Shown here: one piece after another, positions 37,883 to 49,800 of the stretch
Numbering within the stretch: position 1 is the stretch's first letter
How the letters are laid out: every line of letters begins with the position of its first letter
Assembly (NCBI RefSeq): GCF_964204645.1
Contig: NC_134034.1
Coordinates: 13,715,062-13,779,061 of the forward strand
DNA length: 64,000 nt
Source of the DNA: Tubulanus polymorphus
Taxonomy: Eukaryota > Animalia > Nemertea
Direction: 5' to 3'
Notes under the pieces: model-generated
Database searches by the model: none
What the model was told of the DNA's origin: nothing
The model's input: the letters and a program-made list of their open reading frames with translations, nothing else
Program-made: the position numbers and the translations under genes

Positions 37883-37972
37883 CAAAAGGCCTCGAAAAGA
37901 AGTTTTATTTGCGATCTTGATATCGTCGAAAGCCAAAACATCGCTTTCATTTTGGCGAATCAGTATTCTCAC
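37883..37972 (-). CDS. Mosaic gene, MAM-like domain C-terminal exon
   Basis: tatttcag|VRILIRQNESDVLAFDDIKIANKTSFRGLL|gtaagt. VLAFDDIKI matches the terminal MAM IAIDDI motif and the phase fits the previous exon. Confidence 0.72.
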
Positions 37973-38387
37973 CTGAAATACGTATAGGATATGAGTTTAT
38001 ATTGATATCCATATTTTTCCTCAGATTTTTGTGTAGATATTATTTACTGAACCGAAATACAATGATAATCCAAAGGTTAAGTAACGTCCAAATTCAATGA
38101 GGACTCTACGTTTGGAGGTTCAATTAAATCTGTATCTATATCGCACTATGTATAATCCCTAAAGACTTATAAGAGTTCATTGATACACGATTTTACCAAT
38201 GTTGGATGTGGGCTTTGAATTTACATAAAAGTTAATCGAAAATTAACTAGATTTTGGTCGGTTTGTCCTATAGATACGCACGTCATCTAGCGGGGACATT
38301 GGATACTCATTCCATTCCAATGGGTTTGTTTCCAGTATAGGTCGGTGCTCGCAGATATGAAATGTACTTGAAGAATCGATGAATTAC

Positions 38388-38629
38388 CGAGAATTTCCGA
38401 GATGCCGTATTGGTGACGTCTATTTCGGAGTAAGTCCACCGTTTCGAGGTGCTATACTCAGAGTGAACTGTGATCGGTTCAGAATCGGCACCGAACTCTA
38501 AAGTAACGTCGAACACCTTCCTTTTAGTCGTCTTTGTTTTATACCACAGTCCAATACAGATGTCCGTATCAAACTCGTTGTGTAGTTCCAGACTACTGTA
38601 TCCTGCTAACTCAGCCAGTAGATAATGAC
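38388..38629 (-). CDS. Mosaic gene, MAM-like domain exon (middle part)
   Basis: tag|GT CAT TAT gives GHYLLAE...ICIGLWY...RWTYSEIDV...KFS, matching the MAM pattern GxY...CxxFWY...W. Phase 0 donor gtaatt. Confidence 0.7.
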
Positions 38630-39023
38630 CTAGTATTCAAAATTTCATCATTAAAGCAGGCCAGAAACGAAGGTTATATGAAGGATGGCTCCGTAATCTG
38701 ACCAAAACGGCAAATGTCGTGGGGATAAAGACGAAAAGGGCTGAAAGCCAATTTCAATGCGTTTGAGTACACTTGATATTCCGATTACAACAACCAGAAA
38801 TTGGTGCCCTTCGCAACAAGAAGGCAGGCGTTTGCCTAAAACATTCAACCTTTCTGAAGACATTTTCGGGCGAATCTCGGAAATGTTTTAAAGTTTCTTG
38901 CGAACCATTTCTAATCCCATGGCTACAGCATCGACAAGTAAAGTGTGAAGATGAAAATCTAGACGGGGCGGAAAACATGTCCCGTCATCAATGTTCTTCA
39001 GTCAGTCGGGGTTTAATATTTAC

Positions 39024-39281
39024 CGTTTGTAACAGCGCATAATGGAACCTCGTCACAAGCCTCCCAGATTGTTCGCTTATCAGTCGTGTAACACCACGTG
39101 TAATTCTTATCAACCTCTCGGCAGTAATTCTGCAGATCTTGAATATTCGAATCTGACCAGTCACCAGGAATAGACGGTGAGTGCGGTTTCAAACTCGCCC
39201 AATTTTGACACATTCGACCGGATGTCGTTTTGTAGTAGTTCGATCCGGTAAACAAATCGGTGGCGTCCTTCCATTTGCATT
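39024..39281 (-). CDS. Mosaic gene, kringle domain exon
   Basis: CKWKDATDLFTGSNYYKTTSGRMCQNW...QNYCREVDKNYTWCYTTDKRTIWEACDEVPLC has six Cys and the kringle signatures (TxSGxxCQxW, NYCR, WCYT, WExC). Symmetric phase 1-1 exon, tag|AA ... G|gtaaat. Confidence 0.9.
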
Positions 39282-39917
39282 CTATTCCATAAATGACGAT
39301 AAGATAAAAAGTTTGATTACCGGACCAAGGGATTTCCCATCAATGTTGATGATCTGGAAGCTTCCATGGAATTCTGAACGAGATAGATCGCGCCCTATGG
39401 TTCTTGTATCGAATTGTGGCTAGGGCGTTAGAGTGTACGGGCTATTCTATCATCTCCAATTTTGTTTTTACTTATCATTCCAACAAGTTCTCTTGCATTT
39501 TATCTCACGCTAAAAATCTATTTACAAAGTAATAGTTTGTGTCGAATGAGAATTATACGATACCTTTTGGCGCGAATGTGTGATCGTGTGTGGACCAGGT
39601 TTTGCTCGTTGAACTGTTGTCGTTGATTTTCAGACGACCTGGCACAACCCGAGTGAAGTTACAAAGTCCATTCTCAAAATCACAATACAACGGGAAACCT
39701 GCTGTTAACGATATGACAATTTTTGATTAATGTAGATTGAATTGTTTTTTTGTTATTTTGGCATCGGGGATAAATTGCGATAACAATTGTTTTTATGAGC
39801 AAATATATCGATAAAATCGAGTTGATATCAAACTCATTTTTAAAAGTAATTAGAGACGACATCCATTTTGACCAACGGTGTATATTGCATAATGATTAAT
39901 AGTTCAATTGTTTACTC

Positions 39918-40203
39918 GATGGGGCGGTGGGGTGATGGGCGGTGGGGCGGCGGAGTGATGGGGCGGTGGGGTGTTGGGGCGGTAGGGTGACGGGGCGGCG
40001 GAGTGATGGGCGGTGGGGTGATGGGGCGGCGGAGTGATGGGGCGGCGGGGTGATGGGGCGGTAGGGTGACGGGGCGGCGGAGTGATGGGCGGTGGGGTGA
40101 TTGGGCGGCGGGGTGATGGGGCGGCGGGGTGATGGGGCGGTGGGGCGGCGGAGTAATGGGGCGGTGGGGCGGCGGAGTGATGGGAAGGCAGGGCGATGGG
40201 GTG
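39918..40203. repeat. G-rich minisatellite (ggggcggcggagtgat variants) in intron 1 of the mosaic gene
   Basis: Repeated GGGG runs; source of the spurious Pro-rich ORFs. Confidence 0.9.
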
Positions 40204-40581
40204 GCCACAGGATCAATAGACATCTTTATGTGGTCATAGATGCTTTTTACCGTTTTCAAATGTCTTCATTAGTTTTTAAGTAATTGCGAGTCAAACTTCC
40301 AAAACTGTAAAAAGGCTTATTAACAATATTCCTCATTCCTCATTCCTTACATTTCAATGACTCTTTATACAATTCTAAATAAAAGATCAATTCTATATTA
40401 TGGACTTCATAGCTCAAGTCTAGTATCGGAACTACGACATAATGTGGTTCTTGGTAACTGCAATTTGCCTGTAAGGTATTGATTTTATCAAAACCTTGAT
40501 TATTGATTGTAGACGAACATGTAGCCAGTACATGTAACGTGTATTTACAAAAAATGAAAATGAACATATGTAAATACTTAC

Positions 40582-40645
40582 TTTGTTCGGCGTCGGCTTC
40601 GGATTGTGAAATCATCAAAATCAACGCGATCAACAATCGATTCAT
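40582..40645 (-). CDS. Secreted kringle/MAM/CTLD mosaic gene, exon 1 (signal peptide)
   Basis: ACCATG start, MNRLLIALILMISQSEADAEQ has n/h/c signal-peptide character, strong phase 1 donor A|gtaagt. Confidence 0.7.
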
Positions 40646-43554
40646 GGTGATCTTTTCGAATTCACAATGACAACGACGCGTTAGGTTTGACATCGAGTCA
40701 GAGTAGACAGAGTTAGGAGATAACATTTCATCGGACAAATTATTCGTATAGGCGAATGATACACCCACTAATAAAGCCAGCAATGATTTATGCGGTGCAA
40801 CGACGACATGATCGGAGCAATCCAGTTCATCAATACTTCATCGCATCGTTTTTATTTCATTGATTGCTATTTTCGTTCCACTTCATGAAACAAAACAAAA
40901 CAAAACAAAAAACACAAACAAAAAACGCTTTCTATCGGTCAGTTACTTCCGGGTAATTGAAGAAAACGTGACCAATTTACCCAGTTCTCGTAATTGAATT
41001 AGGGCTCAGATCTCGCTGGTAAAATCTTGGACGCGGGCGACGTCCTCGGGATTCGAGCTCGTACGGCCAGTCCGAAAGTGGAATAAACTAAAACTGCAGT
41101 TTAGTGTGAACTGCGAAAGTGCGCTTGTAAAATGTCTAATGTTCATTTTCAACTTGTCTCAGATTTGTCTCATTGAGAAATGTTTTTACGGCGTCAAAAA
41201 AAAACACGGAGAGAGGCAGATCCTCCCTGCTTGACCCCCTACTACTGTCTCAGGAATACGGGTCGCAATACTCGCGGTGAACGGTCAATAGCGATGACAA
41301 CCGGACGAATATTTATTGATGGATTATGACACGAAGCATCCGTTTTATTCCAATCGTCCTCGGACTCACGTGATTGTAGCTTCTTCGCCGAGCGGAGATT
41401 GATCACGCCGGGCCGGAAGTATCACCGCAGAGCCGACCCAATAACCTCGATTTCAACAAAGCATTCGATTCCACACGCGCGCAATCAATCAGTTTTTCGA
41501 TAAAAGCGCAGCCGTTTTGGATTTAATCCCCGGATCATTCAAAAACTCGTTAAACATCGAGTTAGAATGATTAGATCTATTTAACACGTCAAAAGGTTAA
41601 TACCGACTCGATGCGGGTTAATCCGTTTTACCGGTTACCCCTCTCCCTCTCTGTGTCAGGCGACTTTATGAAATATCGAATATAGAATTCAATTGATGTT
41701 TCATTGCTTGCAAAAATACTTGAGTTGTTTCGAGCACTGTCGTGTTTCGCCTTGATTAGGCCGCACACTGAATCAACGCATGAAAATACAGATCAGCCAT
41801 ACTTTTTATCCAAAACCTCTTCCGGTCGAATGTAACTGACAAACTTGAATAACACACAGAACGAAACGTATAGATTAATACATTAACACTTTTTGTAACA
41901 AATTTTGTTTTTGTTATTGAAAAACGAAATCAAATAAATCGTTCGGCCGCAAGCACCTAGTAAATAGGGGAAAGGAAAATGAAGGAAATGATAATTGATA
42001 AATTCTGAAGCCCAATAGGCAAGACTATTTGTAAAGGGTTGTTTCGACGATACCAACGAATACCCGTATCCGCGCGCGCGCGCGTGCGCGTATGTTGTGT
42101 TATCCATCACACAATATGTGAACGTCGTGATATCGAGTTGATTATTAATTCATTAAGACTCAATCACCGCGTTTTAAGTGTTCCGCGTCCACTTAATTAA
42201 CTACAAACAATGCGCAGTAGTCATCGTGATTTCAGACGATTGATCGTTCCGCCGTGTCTTGTAGTCCGCGCTATTCTCTCTCCATACGTCCGATCTAACG
42301 TTTTCCGATACGCCCGAGGATAGCTGCGCACGCTTTGATTCGTCGACGAATTAAACGATTTTCTAGAGAGCGTAAAATCAATTTCTATTAACGAACGAAG
42401 AGCGCGTTGCTTTAGGGTATTAAGACCGCCGGTGGTGGTCGTGTTTGAGATACCCGCCGCATCTCCGACCTGTGAAATTCATTAAACGAGTTCATCACGA
42501 GACAAAAACATAGCAATCCATCCTCTAAAATATCTAAAATACTTTTATACGGAGCAGAACAACGTCCTGCCCTATTCTTTGAGCAAGGAATCGTTAGAAC
42601 TTTAATCGGGAAGTTTCACAACATTTTTCACCCGAATCAAAACGTTTTTCAAAATAAATCATATGATATCGGAGTGACAAACGTTGCATTAGGCCGACAT
42701 CAGTGTCTTAAGATGGCCGCCTCCTATATTCCAATTATCCAAATAGCCGACAGGAGTGGCGCCACCTGTTTTGGATCGGAGGGAGTCAGGGCCCATTTTG
42801 ACCGATGTATTTTGGCCAGTCTTCGCGGAACCTATTGTCACGGAGTTAAAACAATTTATGGCTATCATTCTTTATTATATGAAGATATCGGGCGCATCAT
42901 TTCAGCTGGAATCAAAAAGGATGATTGTGAAAGGTGAGACTAAAATCAGTGGGGCCACTGACACCGCCTGCTGAGGGTTTCCGATATGGTTTCGATGATT
43001 CAAGTTCAAGTAGCAAAGCACAAGAATAACATGACAAGTCTGGACCCGCTACCTAAAAGGGTAACTCGATATCTCGAGTGACAGTAACCTCGCGGACTGA
43101 TCGATCAAAATTGAACGAATTCCGGTGTCTTAATCAGCGATTTGTGCGCGCACGGATTTATAGATCAGTGACTCACGGCATTTGTAGCAGAAACACGAGG
43201 CGAACAAGAGGAAAGAAACATCGGCTGAAGAATTTCTCGGTTCGGAGATTGATATTGTATATCGTTGCGACGTCTGAAGCCATCTGTCGAAATTCCCTTG
43301 CCTTGTCGCAGTATCGACCGACTGATATACAGTGTGCCGCAGTCCATGTCTTCCCCTCCTCGCTCGCTCGCTCGTTGATTGCCTCTGGAACTATTCACCA
43401 CGATGACGAAACGCTATTATCACGGTTGAGCTGATTTCCATCCACGCATCCCGGTCCGTCCGCGCGCATTTCGTTAAAAAGAAAACTCATTTTGAGCTTA
43501 TATGATGAAAACCCATTCGACGTTGACTACGTTTTAGAGTCCACGATTAAACTT

Positions 43555-43735
43555 ATAACCCACACAACTGTGGAGCGGAGTCCAGCGTGGGATTAAACCC
43601 TATAATCAAACCCACATAACTGGTCCAGAGTAAAAAATTAAACCCACACAATTGTGGAGCGGAGTCCAGAGTGGGATTAAACCGGCACAACTGCTGTGGA
43701 ACTGGATCTATAGAGTATAAACCCGCTAAACTGTA
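43555..43735 (-). repeat. Degenerate reverse-orientation copies of the 39-bp minisatellite family
   Basis: aaacccacacaactgtgga... repeated; reverse complement of the 13.5 kb unit. Confidence 0.75.
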
Positions 43736-46700
43736 GATAGGTGTCGTTGTTGCAGGTTGTTTTTGGTCCAGGCCTGTAAAACGTGTTTTTTATCAGCTCG
43801 AATCCGTTTTCCTATTGTCGTGATGAAAACAGCGTGGAGTCTGGTCGAACTACTGCATGCGAGATGATTATTATCAAATCTTGTTCTATATAATTACACC
43901 GCAAATATTGCGGAATAATATCGGGTTTATGATGAAACGGCCCCCCGTGGGGAGGTCGCCACGTGTGCCCCACTTGATTATAGACATTTCATTTAATTAA
44001 AAATAACCACATGGATCTTCGTTAAACATGTCTATGGGCCGCCGATCCTATTTTATGTTTTTTAGGTTCTGTACCTAGCGACACCTTCGTTCATGTCGAT
44101 AGTTGCGAATTTATTCGCTCTTACGGCATAGGGCGCGGGGGGATTCCTGCACTTATTGGGTGTATTCTTAAGATAGATTATAACACAATGACCCCCCTCT
44201 CCCCCCCTCCCAGAGAGAAATGATCAGCTTGAACAATTCTCCACTGAAGGACTCACGGTATAGGAACTGATTTTTACTCCAGCACTTCGTTTCCCCTTTC
44301 ATCGTTTTTAACTCATAAATTACACTAAATACAAAAAAATGAACAGCATCATAGAAAAAAGCATTGAAAAAAAGAACTATTCTTTTAATATTTCGTGAAA
44401 AAAGCTTCCCGCATTCCAGGTAGAATATGTATAGATTTTATTATCGTATTTTTTTTTCAAAATAAATGCAACAAGTGTTCATCCATTAGTTTTAAATGTA
44501 CAACATTGTCTTATAAAAATACTATTTTATCGAAGACTCATTGGCTTCACTTTCCATCATGAACCATTCATTAATATTTCAAGATGGTTGCTTATTCAAT
44601 TGTAAAATTTTTTAGATTAGGCTGAAATAAAATGATACCTTGTTCCTAATCGGCGCCGGGCTATTTTTGTAAACAGCAATACAATTCGTAATCAGTTCAA
44701 TTCTATAGATACAGGGTCTGTTACGGTTTATCTTGATCATGATTTTAAAAAGGGGTATTAATAGGCGGCCGGATGGGTCAACTTTCAAGCTCAGCAGAAA
44801 TGAGAGACAAGGTATCAAACTTTTTTAGCCTTTTACATATTAGATATGAACATAGACGTTTTCGATTGATAGCTGGCGAATCTAGGATTAACAAAGCCAT
44901 GGCTCAAATAGAAAAAGGCATTTTTAACCATAATCGCTTGGATCGAGGACTTGGAGCTTTTGAAGCACGAAAACTGTTAATACAAAATGTATCTCGGTAA
45001 CGACATACATTTATAGAAAAAAGTCCGATCTAAATTCGAAGTTTTAGGTTCTGAATCCCTTTGATTAATAGTATACAATATGACTAGTCTTTTACTCAGT
45101 CCCTTTTTATTTGTGAATATATTTAGAGAATATTTTCATAATTCCTACATTCCCCGAAACACGAACGCATAAAATTGAATATTTCAAGACGGATTACAGG
45201 TAAACCCCATTCATTCTTTAAGTACTATAAGTTATCGATGTAAGTTAATAGATAAATAAACATTCTTTCTTTCTGTTGATTTTTACAGTTATAAGTTATG
45301 TGGCCTTATTTACAATACAGCGATGAATTATACCTAATCTACAGCCTTGAACCTGCATCCCTCAGCATCCACGTTCAAGTAATCCAGGCTTTACGATCTT
45401 GTCGTTCAGTCTTAACGTGTGCTGAGAATTTCGCCCGAAACATTTCTAAATTGAAAATGATCTATAATCATCAGGCAATGGAACATTATCAGCAAACTTT
45501 AAAGAAGCGATCGTCCAAACTTAACGTGCGTTCTGGATTTTAAATTGTAAACGAACCAACAAATTAGCTTCAGACATCAGACATTTTGTCGGCACACTTC
45601 CAAAAGTGCTCGTCAGGACTGAACGTTTGTTTAGGACTTTGTCCGAGACATTTTTGATTGAAAATGAACGAAGAAATGAACATCGAACACGTGACATTCG
45701 ATATTAATACACTTTCTCATATCTATGACAACAATCTACAGTGCTTGTGGGTGGTTGGGGTGGTGGTGGATGAGGAGGGGGTCCAAACTGCAGATAGATA
45801 CCTGCGTTCGAATCAAACTTATCGCTCATGCTTTAGAATTTGTATTTACATAAAAATATGTTATTTACATATGGCAGTGCGTAGAAAGGGCTAGTCGTTA
45901 TTCTGAGATTAAAAATACAGACAGATACTTTCAAACCCTGACCCAGAATATACATCAACACACACAGGCTCCAGAACTAAATCCCATCGTATGAGTCCAA
46001 GTCGAGAGCTCACAAGCCACCAGCTCTACCACCAGATGGCGCGTGTAACAATAGAACAACACTTGGATCGTAGTACATTTTAAATCCACTTTCATCTTGA
46101 TTTTTAGCCTCCTAAATCAGGCAGATTGATAAACTCGTGTCTCTTGCTGAACTCAATTCATATTTAGGCCTCAAATACAGCGCGAATTCAGTTCATCATT
46201 CATAGAATTTGCGAAATAATTGCGGATAGATTTTGATTTAATCAGAAAAAAAATCCGACAACGTTGTCCGAATGCACACTGTTGCCACCTGGTGGATCCA
46301 CGCTTGCATCAAGTGGAATCCCCGATTGCCACAGTTAGCTACGGAGTCCTCGTTACGCTTTCACTGAAGAGCTAACATGAGGGCGAATAGGGAGCAGTGG
46401 ATTGAACCCAATCAGTCGATTACTACGTGTAGTTAGTTGTATTGAAAATACATTTTTGAGCCGCGAGTAAAATATCGAACACTGATTATGACGACGATGA
46501 ATTCATGGAGGTTTGTTTAAAGTCATGTTTTTGATCAAAGAACGACACAAACGTTTTACAATGAGATTCTTTAACCTTAGAATAGTCAAACAAATTAATA
46601 TTCATACCTATAATTATATATATGATAATAATGATATTATAATAACAATTTTCTCTATCTTTGGAAGCACTTTTTGAATGTCAATATAAGAATTGAATGA

Positions 46701-47122
46701 ATCGCTTTGAGTGACTTCAACATTTCAATAGAACCATATCTTGGTAGTTCCTACTGTAATAAGATCCATCCCAACAAAACGGCGTGTCTGACAGTAGGCT
46801 ATTGCCTAATTCGTTAGGCTCCGAAATCGAGATTGTGTGAAGATCTCGTAATTAGGATTATTCGAAGTAACCCGTCTGCAAGCCATGGCAATCTATGGTA
46901 GAAATGAACAAAATTTTGTCTCCGAGACCACATCGGTTATTACGAAACCCTATTGTTCTCATATTGCACGTTTGTCCCATCATCTAACATCGTGAAGTCG
47001 CTATCATCAATGTTCTTATTCTGCTGCTGTTGTTGTATTGGAAGAATATCTGTCGGGTTGTGTTGAGCAATGGTCCATTTTAGGGGACTCCCGACTAGTT
47101 CACCCCTAAAACTACCCTCATT

Positions 47123-47313
47123 TCATAAATCCAAGGTGTTGTCTAACAGCGACGAACACTCGGAGGTCATCTTGTTTTGACGCGGATCTTCCGGGGTCCA
47201 GATTTTTGCACTCATCGTATTGTTCGGACCCATTTGGGGTTTCTTTTCGTCTGTCCAGGAGAGAGAGTGGCCGGTTAGTGGCGGTAATCCGTATTGCTCT
47301 CCTTCGTCCATCG
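47123..47313 (-). CDS. Ptf1a: Ptf1a/Fer1 coding exon 2
   Basis: Acceptor ttttattatattttcag|CG fits phase 1. Encodes [17 protein letters not shown] and [10 protein letters not shown], the C1 and C2 RBPJ-binding motifs of Ptf1a. TGA at 47125-47123. Joined CDS is 660 nt (219 aa); intron is 6457 bp. Confidence 0.95.
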
Positions 47314-49361
47314 CTGAAAATATAATAAAAGAATTGATTTTGAATTTATGAACTCGGTTCAGGCTACATACAGGTTGTACGTAGTTTGTTTGTGGGCGTG
47401 GATCCTGCAGTAACACGTCTTTATAAGGCCTGCAGTTACGGGGATATGATCAATTCAATTTCAAACTAGCTTTTCCATTCCTATACTGGAGCCTACTTCA
47501 TAGGCGTGTGGTATAATAATCAAGATCGAATCCATGCCAGGGGAGTATGGGTAATGTGTTAAATGCTTTTGAAATTTGAAGATTGTTCTTGGATTCATAG
47601 ACCTCAGAAACGTTCTTAGTCATCGCCATGCAACTGAGCCTATTGAATTGGTGGACAGTCAATTTGATGATATTTTTTTTCAGAATCCAAAAACGCGTGA
47701 GTTTCAATCAAAACACAATATATTGATAATATATACGAGCTGAGGTTGGACTGAAACTGAGCCTATCGATAATCCAGACCTCACTCATGAACAACGACAT
47801 TTTATCCGGTAGTTCGTGTGCAATATGCGCGAATATGTAGAATTATTGGGTTTAAGGAGTTTCGTCGTCGTCGTCGTCGTCGGCATAAACAACGACGATG
47901 CATCAACCTGACGTCAGCTGCAGCAACTCCCACCACGTTCCCCCGTATCAGCGTCTCTCACAGCGCGACAAATATACCGCATATATTATTCATAGATCCA
48001 GTCATTGAATATCTTGTGTCCGCGCGCGCTATCCAGAAATCGGTGGTGTAAAGAACGTTGGATTGCCCGGTCGGAGAGAACCCTTTTATCGCGTGTAAAT
48101 ATCCCGCGCCGCCCGCGCTCTCCATCACGGGTTCTTTATTCCATCACGGGTTTCCCTTCCTTTTTTCGCTCGAACAAAGACATTCGTCATTAAAATTTAA
48201 TAGGAAACTTAATTACAGTTTTGTCAGAATGATGATATTTGGCCAAACAGTTCTTTTATTTATCAGGAGTCTTTAAACAAGTGCAGGAGTGGATTTTTTT
48301 TCCAGTTCTTTATTCATTTTGGTTTTTAAGGAAAATATATTAAAAAAAACACACGAAACTTTATAAGTTAAGCTATGCTGAATCTGGTGTAATATTTTTG
48401 TACCCACAGGTCCTACTTCCAGCTGCAGTCAGGACTTACATTTTTGAGACCAAAGTCGAAGACCATCTCGGTGTACCAGTTGTATAGCGATCCTAGATCA
48501 TAAGACTGGTCTTAAGTTAAAAAGAACTAAGTTGGTCATAGACTGGCTGATCTTAAATCAAAGCCATGACTTAGATCCAGTCTCACAACCTAAGACCACA
48601 GTCATGAACTGGGACTAGAGACCACAGAAAAGACTACTTTCAAACGATGTTCCGCATAAGTATCCATGTTGTGAGTTTGGACTTGTTTCATATTTCATAA
48701 GTTGGTAAGGAGGGATCTCAAATACCAACGTGCTATCATTTAGTAGCGTGTATTGAGGAGATAGAACTCCCTTTGTACATAATCAGAAATTAAGTATTTG
48801 CAATTTTGAGACCGGGTTTTGAGGAAAATATCTAAACCCCAAGCGGTGGTTTTCGGGGTATGATAATTGCAGAAGCATCCCGATGACTCATGAATGATTT
48901 ATGTTTTTGCCAATGTTTCATCGAAATCGTGGGTTTTATCATACAAAGTAAGGAATCGTGAATATACGACAAATTAATAGATACAGCTAGGTATATAGAA
49001 TAGTTAATGGTACTTATATCGGCATAAATCAATAGAATATAATTGATTTAGATTAGAATAACCCAAGTATCCAGCTGACGACATCCTCCACTCAGGTATC
49101 AAAATCCATAACAAACACATGTTGGATTTAACGAGCAATTATTTGTTGTAGTATAACATATCGCGCGCCCCGGATTGTGTTTCTGATCGTGTACAGACTA
49201 TTCAAAACTTCAAATATTCGCTTGTCCACTACGCATTTGAAAATCAGGCAAAGAAATATTGTTTACGTGGACTGATAATCCTTGTTATAGAAATCGTCAC
49301 TTCCCCGTGTTTGTTGTGGCTTATCACAATAAACAGACCAAACGTGGAGAAATGATATTCT

Positions 49362-49800
49362 CGGCTGGCTGGCTGGCTGGCTGGCTGGCTGGTTGGCTGG
49401 CTGGCTGGCGGGCTGGCTGGCTGACTGACTGGTTGGCTGACTGGCGAGACGTAAGGACGGATGGATGGATGGACGGATGGATGATAGTTGGTTTTCTTCA
49501 TGTCGCAGAAGAAGGCGGGCAATCGAGAATCGATGTCGCAATGTACCAGTACCACTCTCCTCTTAGAAACCGACACCTGTTCGGATTCCCATCGTATCAG
49601 TTCTCTCTTTAGATCGTCGCGTGTATGCTTAAGTATGGGGGAACGAGATTGGGAGAATAAGAGAGAGAGGGGGAGAGAGAGAGGGAGGGAGGGTGAGCAA
49701 GAGAGAGAGAGAGAGAGAGGGGAGGGAGAGAGGAAGGGAGGGTGAGAAAGAGAGAGAGAGAGGGGGGACAGGGGAGAAGGAGCAGGAAAGGGGAGATTAG
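49362..49800. repeat. (GGCT)n, (GGAT)n and GA-rich simple repeats in the Ptf1a intron
   Basis: 49362-49482 tetranucleotide repeats; about 49655-49800 polypurine tract. Confidence 0.9.

Noticed and set aside
39896-40283. Proline-rich extensin-like ORFs
   Set aside because: Translations of an intronic G-rich minisatellite.
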